From Octopus vulgaris (taxonomy: Eukaryota): a stretch of DNA of 64,000 nt. This document shows positions 12,540 through 24,099 of this stretch, piece after piece; the first letter of the stretch is position 1; each line of letters starts with the position of its first letter. The position numbers and the translations under genes are program-made. The stretch lies in NCBI GenBank assembly GCA_951406725.2, contig OX597830.1, positions 53,072,001-53,136,000 of the forward strand, given 5' to 3'. The notes under the pieces were generated by a model. The model was not told the origin of the DNA. It was given only the letters and a program-made list of their open reading frames with translations, and ran no database searches.

Positions 12540-14503
12540 CACACACGTATATATATATATATTACATACACACACACACACACATTATTAGTTTTTCACA
12601 CAAACTAAGAAGTAAGTTATTACAAAAATACTTTGATGATGATACTAAACAGCTAAAGACAGAAGAAAATAAAAGCTTCAGGTAAAACTGCTAGGATTGG
12701 TAACGTTGCCAAAATATCTAACACAAACCTGTTGGCCACATTGTAGAGCCAACATAATAGAATATAATAATAGAGCCATAATGGAATATATCTCCTGGTT
12801 CCGTTATGGAATAATAGTAAAGTCATACATAAATATTATAATTTCAATGTGGCCCACCATGAAGGTCATAGGATGATGTGGTGAAATCTATATACTCAAA
12901 TGAAAGCAGGACTAGATTGAAGGTCTTGTACAGATAGATAAGTGTGTTAACGGAAGCCTAAGATAGACATTGTATGTTATTCACGAAGATTTCATCTGAA
13001 CACTTGTAAATTGACAATTCAGACAAGAATAGAAATAGGTTTGTCAGATCAAATTAATGGAAATACCTGAATAACAAAATGTTCAAGTCTTCATATTTAA
13101 ATTAGACAAATGAGGAGATGACAGCAGATAAAACCATCACAAAATTTCAACTAGAAAAATTGGAATTAAATAATTTTAAAAACTACAGTGAGTAAAGTCT
13201 GTTAGGAACTTTGTTTGACAATCTAATCTTATCTGAAGACAATATTGGTTAGGATTTATCTATTAATAAACTGTTTACTGGGGAGGAAAAGCAGTGCACA
13301 TGTTCTGAGATTGGCAAGACAGAGGGAGCGAGGAAGGGACGGTAGGGGAAGGTCTCCTACTGTCAAACTAGAAACCAGGCTTGATTGCATCCAAAAGTGT
13401 AGACTCTGCTAAAAGCACCCAAGGTGGGCCTTTAGTAAAGGTTGTGGTGTGACACCGTAAACCAAACAATAGATTAAGTCTAACACCCAAGAAGGCCATC
13501 ACCAGGTTTAAACTCAGAATGCAAAGAGCCAGAATAAATACAACAAAATCAGCCCACCCAACACAAATAATTCCATAAATCCGCTGTTGCAGATTAGTAC
13601 TTTATTTATTGAGCCCCAGAAGGATAAAAGGCAAAAAATGACCTCAGAGGGAACTGAACTCGCAATGCAAGAAGCTGAAATAAATACCTCAAGTTATTTC
13701 ATCAGAGGTTCTCACATTTCTGCCACTTTACCCACATAAAAGGTTGTCCTGTTCAGAAATAGTTTTACCAACATAATAATTACAACTATAATAATTAGTT
13801 TAAAGGGAACTGCGATGGCTACAGTAAGCTACTGGATATCATTTTATTAAACAGTTTAATCAAAATAACCGATTCCTAATTTAGTAGAGAAAAAACACTA
13901 TAAAGAATTGTGTTGCCAGTACAATTCTAAAGAACAGCAAACCAACAGATAAGTAGTAGTAGCAGTGGTGGTGGTAGTAGTAGTAGTAATGGCTGTAGCA
14001 GCAGCAGTAGTGGTGGTGGTGGTAGAAAAGTGTATTCTTTAACAAAAAAATTTTTTTTAGAAAGAATATATTCGTTCCCTGAAAACTGACAGGAAAACTT
14101 TGTTTTCTAATGTTCAATTTAGCAAATATTTACCTGAGGTAGATTTTTACATACAATAAACCGATAGGCAAATGTCACAATTGATTTTAAATGTCACAGA
14201 AGCCTAGACTAAACTGTAATTAAAAAAAATAAAATTTACATTCATTTTTTGGAAAAGGGGATCTGAAAGCACATAAAGCTATAAGTAATAGACGTAGGTT
14301 TGAGTCCCACAGACAGACTTTTGACTTTTTCTGTCCAAAATGGGTTTTCAATCCAATATTTACAGCCGTACTTTGAGATCTACTGTTCTAAAAAAGAATA
14401 TTTCACATCCTCTCAAAAATTCACAAAATTATTATAACATCAACAATATACAATTTTTGCTAGTAAGAATAAAGTTTCTAAAATGGATTGAGAAATTTGA
14501 AGA

Positions 14504-14574
14504 ACTGCTTTGGTTCAATAGTAGAATGCCTGTCATGTCCACAGGAGATGTGGGTTCGATTCCCACAGGCTGCC
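14504..14574 (+). pseudogene. tRNA-like cloverleaf (Gly-like architecture, degenerate)
   Basis: D stem gttc/gaat; anticodon stem cctgt/acagg with 7-nt loop catgtcc; T stem gtggg-ttcgatt-cccac; imperfect acceptor stem actgctt/aggctgc; T5 run at 14581. Confidence 0.7.
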
Positions 14575-15226
14575 AACAACTTTTTCTATCCAAGTGTTTT
14601 TCAATCCAATATTTATTTACATGGTATATTTATAGCTTTAGATGCTTCAAGACCCACTGTTCCAAACAAAGAATTATTTTACAATCTTTTGAAAGTTTAG
14701 AAAATTCTTGACATCAACAATATATAAACTGATGAGCAATCACTAGCATCAATAATTAGAAAATTTTAAAGGAAAATAAATAAAATAAAACAAAATAGAT
14801 AAAATATTGTTTTACGTTTCCTGTGAAATATGCAAAATAAAATAAAATAAAATTGAGGAAAGAACTGATCTAATAAGTTGAATATTTAAAAATGATAAAT
14901 AAGTAAATTAGAGTAAATATCTCATTAAGAAATTGCTTCCACAATTAGGTTCTATTTCAAAGATGGCAGGTATTGTCATAAAACCTTATTGTTAAAATAC
15001 GCAACATCAGTCGCAGGGGGTCATCAGAGCTGAACATTGACCAGGATTGACGGTCTTCCCTGTTCCTTTCTAAACTTCCATATAAAAGCACCATCTTTGA
15101 ATGAAACACAGAAGCAGAAATAAATTTGGGACAACTGGGTATTTTTCATATTAACATAAGAATAATTAATCAAAAAAGGAAACTAATAATCAATTATATG
15201 TATATGTGCATGCACATGTATAGGGC

Positions 15227-15258
<32 letters not shown>

Positions 15259-15746
15259 TACATACATGCTGCACACGCACACAAGTGGTCCATGGTGGTA
15301 CCAAATGATTCTTCCCAGTGCCCCTGAGAATAAAGAGTTCTAAAATATTGGTGCCACTGCAAGCCATATACATACATGACAATATTTTATTCTGTACACC
15401 CCGCCTGTAATCAACTTATTAATTGTACAACAGGTTGTCTCAGACTTCTGATGAAGAACCTAATATGTATCTACATACACACACAAACATATATATGCAT
15501 GCATGTATGATATAAATATGTTGCAAAATATTAGATTTATAGAGAGCAAAAAAAAAAGAAGAAAAAAAGAAGGGAAAATGGAACGAAATCTGAAGACAAA
15601 CCCATACCTCTGACAACATCCTTGCAACTCACAAACTCAGCTGTAATATAGGTGATCTTAACATTTATTACCTTGAAAATAAATTTAATAGGTTTTTTTC
15701 TGTTCTAATTATAATTTATTTTTAGTGTTTGCTTTATTTTAAAATT

Positions 15747-15806
<60 letters not shown>

Positions 15807-17170
15807 TACACACTATGGTTTTCTTCTCTGATCCAGTGAGGCATTAAGCTTACATTGAAACTTCTGAAAGAGGTTTTCTTAGTTTGTTAGTTTGGAAAGC
15901 TGTTACAAAGTACATGCAATCAGTCCACAATAAAAGTTTTAGCAACTGTCTGGCATGAGAAAAGTTCAGGGGCAAGGGGCTTAAGGGGCTCGAGGAAGAT
16001 GCGGAGAATATTAAATGAATGCAGTAGTGAGCTCCAGGAGAAACTGTAACAGCTATTTAGCCACAAAGGAGCGCCTAAATGAATAATCACCAACATCACA
16101 ATAACAAATAACCTTAAAGGTGGTAAGTCTATGAGTGGGGGTGCCACTATGTGGTTGATTAGCCTGCAAGAAATAGCAGTTTAATCTCTTTCAAATTACA
16201 GCATTCCATCCTAAGGAAAGAAGGACAAAGGATAATGTAATCCTAGATGAAATATGCCTGAATATAAGCTGGGATAGTCATGGCAGGAATACCTTTGACA
16301 TAGCCATGTCTGCTCAGTCAGGGTAAAATAACATTAAAGCTAAATCCATGGAGAATTAATTACGTTAACTAATTAGAATTTATAACAAAAACAATTGTAC
16401 AATAGGATGTCAGACTGATGGTGGTTCAGTAATTCACATCCTGAAATACCAATGCAGCTACATTGATGCCATAGCTTCAATAATTTGATTATCTAAAGTA
16501 CCACCAGCAGGTACATTTCACACCCTAACAGCAAGAACATTGTGGAATTAAGAAATGTTTCCCATTAGTTTGTAGCATTGGAAAGTATTGTTGATCTGAA
16601 ATGGATGAAATGCTGTGTCAACCCCAGCAAACAGAGAAGAATTAAAAGTAAATATTTACAAAATATTTACTTTGATCTTCCACTATTTGTTGTCTGTTCT
16701 TCTTTCTAAACAATTATGACTGCTACTAATTAAGAAATCAAATTTTCATAATGAGTCTTTTACAAATGACGAGCACAAATGTAAGAGTCTGTGACTCTCG
16801 GTTACTAAAGTTGGAAAGAAAAAGAAAAAAACTGTAAAAAAAAAATACACCGTCTATAAATAAGTTGGACCAAAATATCTTCATTCCAGACCATTCAACC
16901 TGGACTGAGAGAGAAGGTGAGAAATTAGAAACAAAAAAAGGGGCTTTAAATTATTTGTTTTTGTTTTGTCTTGTTTTAAAAATTCCTGATTTTTCACAGG
17001 AGCAAGAATTCATATTTAAAGATTCACATCAACATGGTGACAATTAGATGCAATGTCCATGGAGTTTACTCAAAGTACTAAATCGGCTAAGTCTAATATT
17101 ATCCTCTAAGTTTTCCACTACAGCTAAAGTAAAAGAAAAGGCTGAGCATCATCATCATCACCATCTAAAA

Positions 17171-17389
17171 CAATGGTTTTAAATTTTGCCACAAGGGCAG
17201 CAGTTTTGGGGGGAGGGGTTAAGTCGATTACATCGACCCCAGTGTTCAACTGGTACTTATTTTATGGACCCTGAGAGGATGAAAGGTAAAGTTGACATTG
17301 GCAGAATTTGAACACAGAACATAGTGACGGACAAAATACTGCTAAGCATTCTGTCCATCTTGCTATCAGTTCTGGCAGGCCGCTGCCTT
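17171..17389 (-). mobile_element. SINE family A copy with 14-bp TSD
   Basis: atcaccatctaaaa at 17157-17170 and 17390-17403. Confidence 0.85.
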
Positions 17390-17719
17390 ATCACCATCTA
17401 AAATAACAAGATTGATTCTATCTCAATCCTACACCTCATCTCTCCCATCCTTCACATGGACATCACCAACATCGTCATAAATGACTGCTGTCTTTAGTGC
17501 CGGCTAGAGAAGAAATTGAATTCAAAGACAATTTTGGCATGCAGAAATCAATCAGAAGTTCATATTCAAATATTTCTTTTTGTTAAAAGACATTGAAATA
17601 TATTTAAAGTAAAAAATTCTATGTAACAATAAAGCAACATTGTTCTTCATAAAGACAACCTACTCCCCAACCATTATAAATAGATCCATCCATGAAGACT
17701 ATATATATACATACACACA

Positions 17720-17932
17720 CATTAGCACACCAGGCAAAATGCGTAGCTGTATTTCGTCTGCCATTACTTTGTGAGTTCAAACTCCGCCGAGGTCGACTTT
17801 GCCTTTCATCCTTTTGGAGTCAATAGATTAAGTACCAGTTACGCACTGGGGTCGATGTAATCGACTTAATCCCTTTGTCTGTCCTTGTTTGTCCCCTCTA
17901 TGTTTAGCCCCTTGTGGACAATAAAGAAATAT
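17720..17932 (+). mobile_element. SINE family A copy (5'-truncated) within TA/CA microsatellite
   Basis: Matches the family A consensus. Confidence 0.85.
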
Positions 17933-18779
17933 ATATATACACACACCAAATAAGACCCTGCCTTTTTATACTTTCTACAAAAACAAATCAAAATCAAAAA
18001 TCCACGACTTCTTAAAATAAAGCCAGACAACTCATTAACAATGTTGTTATCATCTAACAACTGTCAATTTGATGAAAACCTAGAATATAATTTTAAAATC
18101 ATCTACTGAAGCTAGTGCTCCAGTTTGGCCACACAAATAATAACCTTAAAGCTGACAAGCCTATGTGTAAGGGTGCTGCTATATACCTGTTCAATCTGCT
18201 AGAAATAGCAGTCTAATCTCTTTCAAATCACAGCCTTCCAACTTAAGGAAAGGACACTAATGGATGTAGTCCTAGATAAACTAACCCTGAATAAAAGACA
18301 GGATGGTCATAGCCAGAATGCTTTTGATTGCAGGTCTGCCTGCTCAGTTAAGGTGAAACAAACAACAATGCTAAAGTTATATTCACAGAGAATTAATTAT
18401 ATTCGTTAATCACATTTTATGGCAAAAACAATTTTAAAAAAAAAATCATTTACCAAACATTATGATTGGTTGAGATAACAAACCTCTCTCTACTGAAACC
18501 CTATAATCTGGAATTTAAAAAATGCTGTGTTGAAGTGTAATTGTAATTAAGCAAGGATTTGAAACGGAACTGATGTTCTTGCCAGTCTTCAGTGACGCTA
18601 GTTGTAATAATAATAACTCTTTCTAGAAGACCTGAAATTTTGGGGGTTGGGTTTAGTTGAATACATTGCCCCCCAGTGCTTGACTGGTACTTGTTTTATC
18701 AACACTGAATAACAATTACAATGATGATGATGCAAAGTGACAGAAAAACGGTATGAACACAAGCCAAAGGGTGAGTAAT

Positions 18780-19190
18780 AATTACAGGATTTCTCAAAAA
18801 ACGACTGACCATACTATTGAAACAAGAAGACTAGAATGATTGTAGAGGACAAACAACAAACATACACAAACTTTGCAATCATATGATAATAAAGCAGATA
18901 TCAAAGAAATTGAAAAATATCAGGAGATAGCCAGAGAGATTAAGAGATTGTGGAAGAGAAGAGTGGCACTTGCTTATGTGGTAACTGGTGCACTTGGCAG
19001 CACAACACCCTAATTGCAGAGACTGAAGAATAGTGGAATTGAGAGAAGTTTTGTAGACCTGCAGAAAAGTGCAATTTTGCATTCTGCCAGGTAAGAATGC
19101 TAAGATTCTTGAGATTTGAGGAGACTTGTCACCAAACCTCAAGAAATATTGCTGCTAACTAATGTAGCATACACTAGATATAAGAGAATA
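18780..19190 (+). mobile_element. Decayed 3' fragment of an RLE-type (R4/Dong-like) retrotransposon
   Basis: Remnant KEIEKYQE..AREIKRLW...QKSAIL, similar to the RLE region at 40720-41050. Confidence 0.55.
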
Positions 19191-19894
19191 ACAATAGCCA
19201 TTTTTTTCCAATTTGGCACAAGGCCAGCAATTTTGAAGTGGGGGAGTAGGTCGATTAAATTGTCCCCAGTACTTGACTAGTACTTTATCAATAATAATAA
19301 TAATAATATTAATAATAATCTTTTGGGGGAAAGGACTAGTTGATTACATTGACCCTAGTATTTCACTGGTAATTAATTTATTGACCCTGAAAGGATGAAA
19401 GGCAAAATTGACCTCAGCAGAATTTGAACTTGGAAGGTAAGGACAGACAAAATGCTGCTAAGCATATCGCCTGGCACGCTAATGATTCTGCCAGCTCGCT
19501 ACCTTAATAAATAATATTGTTGTATTTTAGGAACAAGGTTCAGTAATTGTGAGAGAAGTTTAGTCAATACCTTCAATCCTGGAGGGATAAAAGGCAAAAT
19601 TGACTTTAGCAGGGCTTTTGAACTCAGAATATACAGAACTGGCGCAAATACCACTAGGTATTTTTCTGATGTTCAAATGATTCTGCCAGTTAATAACCAA
19701 AACACTGGAGACAACTGAAAGAGTAAAATGAAGCCAGATACTATAAGATATTTAAGGGAAATAAAATTGCAACTTATTGATAGAGAGCTTTATCTTGCAA
19801 AAACTAAAATGCTAGGGACATAACTTGTAAGTCACAGGGTTTTTATTCTGTAAATGGAAATAACTGAAATTTTCTGTTATGGAATGAAATAACC

Positions 19895-19896
<2 letters not shown>

Positions 19897-19984
<88 letters not shown>

Positions 19985-19990
19985 GTGTGT
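19897..19990. repeat. Compound (TA)n(GA)n microsatellite
   Basis: Direct reading. Other long (TA)n tracts at ~3707, 15755, 21960 and 33090. Confidence 0.95.
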
Positions 19991-21958
19991 GTCACAAAGA
20001 GACAGAAAGGGAGACATGGTTTTGTGGCTCCCTGCTAGAATTCATCATAAACTAAACATTAACTCATGAAACGCCAACCGTATATAAGGCAGAGGTCCTT
20101 TGGGAGCAAGTTTCCAAACAGAGTTCCAGACATACCAGTACCATCATATATTAGAAGAATCAATAGACATCACATGACATTACAAGCCAATCCTAATTTG
20201 ATAAATTATCCAAGCCAGATGACATTTGACATAAATGGTGTTGTCACTAAAATTTTACCAAGACAAACCACCTCTGTATGAAAGGTGGTCAGTCCAAACA
20301 ACTTACATTGAGATTTTAAGATAGTGAACATCAACAATTCAGTAAGCTATGCTGCACCTCAGCAGATGGTTTTTCTAAACTAAAGCCAGTCAATCCCAAC
20401 ATTAGATAGAGAAAGAAATAATATTCATAACAGAACAGATCTATGTGGTGTTATACACAAGAACATTATTATATATAGCCAGTTTTCTCTGAAAACAATT
20501 GCATACATATATATATATATATATACATACACACACAGACCATATATAACCAATCACATATATGTAATCAATTTTCTCTGAAAACAATCCCAACACTTTG
20601 AGATTCACTCAACTGTTTCTTTAGTTTAATTAACTTCAACTGGAGACAGCAAGTGCTTTCAAAACCCAATTCACTCGTAACCAGCACAAACAAAAATGTT
20701 AACTTTTAACTCATTCACCTTAATTAAAAATCTAAAAGGTAATTTTACTACAATATCAAGGTATGTGATCTGTTTTGAATGTTCTCTCATTAACAATGAA
20801 GGGTCTTTTTCTTTGTGATACATTTGCGCAGTCAAAATGCTTCACATCATTTTTGTCTCTAGTAAAAGAGGATAAATAAAATTAAAAGACAATCCCACCC
20901 CTCTACCCTCTGTCACTACCACCACTACTGCATAGCAGCAACAGCAACAACAGATGGTCATGCAACACAATGATACCTAAGTGTCTTCAACGAAGGATTA
21001 TTACAGATTATGAAAACAAAACAATGATCAACATACAGAGAAAGAGAAATAAATTTTAATCAGGACACCGAGAGGAAGGGCTATCATGACATTCAAGGGG
21101 AAGTCACTCAAGTAGCACCATTGAGATCTAAGAAAACAGAATTAGCAACTTCAAAATAATTCCTTTCAGAAGAGTAAAAGGGAAGGGATGTAAATACCAG
21201 GAGAAAAAAGGGGAGGGGGAAATAATACCTTGGGACCCTTTTGTCACTACTACTATATACTTCTACACTGCCTTTGTTTTACATTTTTGAAAATAGTGAA
21301 GAATTTAATAAAAGAACTTTTGTCATTATTTGAGCTGATTGCTTGGAACCTAAATTAACAGAGTTTCAAAGATAGGCTGCAATTTAGATCATTTTCAGAA
21401 CGGGAGGTTTGTATCATGGAGCCTGGGGGTGATCTCAAGTGGGTTGATATCAAAATGGTTTATAAAGCACTACCGAGGAAAACTATGGAATTTGGTTTAA
21501 ACTGAGATAAAGCTTGGAAAATTTCAAAATAGAATTTCTTTACAATGACATAAATAAAGTAAATGCAAATTATTAGTAAAGTTGAGAAAGATTGCAGAGG
21601 GATGGAGGCGGGGAGGAATAAAAACCATTTCTTTTTTTCTATTCTTGAAACACTGGAGTCATATCAGCAGTTAAAAGCAAACTTGAAGTAACTATGCAGC
21701 ATAGTATAATGAATGCCAGCATCAAAGACTTCTTGGTGATCAATGATGCAACATTTTACTACATTCAATAGCAACCACACAATATACTAATGTAAATAGT
21801 GTTTACAGGAGTAAAACAACACAGTATGAACAGCTCACATCTATTTCATACACACAGAAACCCTTAATAAATATCAGGTCTACCAGCAAAACCAATCAGG
21901 GAGTGAACACACTACCTTTAACTTTCTTTCTATCTCTCTCTCTCTCTCTCTCTCTATC

Positions 21959-21996
<38 letters not shown>

Positions 21997-22444
21997 TACA
22001 TATACGTACATAGTGCATTATTATTCTGTAAATGATTTTGAAAACTAATGAGTTAGTTCATAAAACATGGAATTCGTTTAGTGCCTTCTCTGTCCCACAC
22101 ACTTTATATTTCTAAATATGCTGTCTAAATATCTTAATTTATATTTAGAAATAGGAAAAGGTAAATTCAGAAGAAAATGGTTAGAAAGTCCCAATCAGGA
22201 TTCAGTCCTCCAAAACGAGACCCTATGATAATTAACTAGGCAGACTAACAAGAGCAAACATTAAGATGCTCCTTATAAATACAATTTTTAAAATATTTCT
22301 AGTACTTAGTCACACATTTTAAAATAAAATTCAATACAAAAACAAAAAATCTTTTTTTCACATTTTAAAGGTTAAAGCGTGATTAACCTTTTGTTTTTCA
22401 ATTTAAAAGAAATAAGACTAGTTTAATCTATGTATGTGTTTGTG

Positions 22445-23264
22445 TATAAGAAGTCTGATCAATAAGTATCCAGACTGTTGTCATAGTAACGAAGCTGAAG
22501 CACACAGGGTGAAGCCACTTGGCACAGACTGACCTTGAACTCTGCTGTACATGTGTACTATGTTTTAACATTCTAGCTAACTTCCACTGCTTACAGCAGT
22601 GCTTGGAAGGAAGGTGTGTAGCATGTGATCGTTGTATTGACTATGACAGAAAGTTGGCATGATGATGCCTGCTCAGAGGCCTACTCAAAGCTGCAGAAAG
22701 TGTATGGAGAGGAGTGTATGAGCTGCACACACGTGTACGAGTGGTCCAGAAGTTTCCATGATGGCCGAAAAAGTTGGTATTGACAAGAGTTCTGGGGGAC
22801 CCACAACCAGCAGAACTGAGAAAAGCATTTCAGATGTGCGTGCAGCTGAGGGCAGATTGTCAAATCACCATCCGTGGATGTGCGGATTAGTTACAGTTCA
22901 GTCCATTATCACTGAAGATTTGGGTATAAGACACATGTCTGTCAAGTTTTTTGCCAAAATTGCTTTCAGCTGACCAAAACGACACTCAGGTTTCAGTAGC
23001 ACAAGATCTTGATTGTATCAAAAACAATGAAAACTGTGCAGAGGTCTCTGCTCAACTTTCTCTGTCATGGTCAATGCAACAATCATACTACACACCTTCC
23101 TTCCAAGCACTGCTGTAAACAGTGGAAGTGAGCTAGAACGTTAAAACTTAGTGCACATGCACAGCAGAATTCTAGATCAATCTGTGCCAAGCGGCTTCAC
23201 TCTGCATGCTTTAGCTTTGTTACTATGGCAACAGTCCAGATACTTATTGGATCAGACCACCTTA
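22445..23264 (+). mobile_element. Non-autonomous mariner derivative with ~210-bp terminal inverted repeats
   Basis: 22445-22656 is an inverted copy of ~23053-23264. The interior encodes a decayed transposase HTH region (EAYSKLQKVYGEECMS...GGPTTSRTE). TA ends. Confidence 0.85.
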
Positions 23265-23996
23265 TTCACACACACATACATACGTGTATATATACACACA
23301 CACACACACGAAATACCCACACACATACATATATGTATACACACACACAAAACTACTGTAATCGAAGTCTCAAGGTGGACAAGAAAAAAAAAAATTGAAA
23401 TTGAAGAAGAAGCAAAAAAAAAACTACTTTTAGAAGAAAGTACTACATGTTTCGACTTGGCAAAGAAAAAAAGAAAAAAAAAAAAAAAAAAAAAGAACCT
23501 AATGGTACAGCTTGCATCTACCATCAAATTAATGTTGCTGCATTAGATTTTTACAGATTTAAAAGTCACTGATAAAAATTAGTTAAAATATACTTAAAAA
23601 TCTATAGACACAAAAAAAAAAAAAAAAAAAAAAAAATCGAAGAGACGCAGTCAAAAGCAGACAGACCAATCAACCAAAGTAGGAAGTAATGAACTGCTCC
23701 GTAAGTGTAGAAATTAGTAATTAAATTACAGTTGTTCATTGACTATGTATACATTAGATGTGTGAAATGAAGATAAAACACAATTAAAAAAAATGGAGGG
23801 AGGGGAGGGAAAAAACGTCCATCTGGCGCTCATTCCTCCATCTCTTCTCTGTTGTGTTGGCTATCTATGTTCAGGCTTAAACTTAATATGTACAACTGTT
23901 GACTACATATATCCATACATCCATCCATATGTAAATATATGAATACATTACAAAAAAAAAAAAAAAAAAAAAGACCCTGCTGTTCCCTTAAGAATA

Positions 23997-24059
23997 TTTA
24001 TTGATGGTGATTGAAGAAACAGGCTGTGTAAAGAGAAAGACCTAGATTTAAAATTTATT
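23997..24059 (-). terminator. Two candidate proximal poly(A) signals of cyclin T
   Basis: AATAAA on the minus strand at 24054-24059 and 23997-24002, followed by long U tracts. Confidence 0.3.
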
Positions 24060-24099
24060 AGGGCAAAGTTTAGCTGGAACAATTATAAACTCATCATCA

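Noticed and set aside
13881-14117. His/Cys/Tyr-rich ORF
   Set aside because: Translation of (TAG/TGG/CAG)n trinucleotide repeats.
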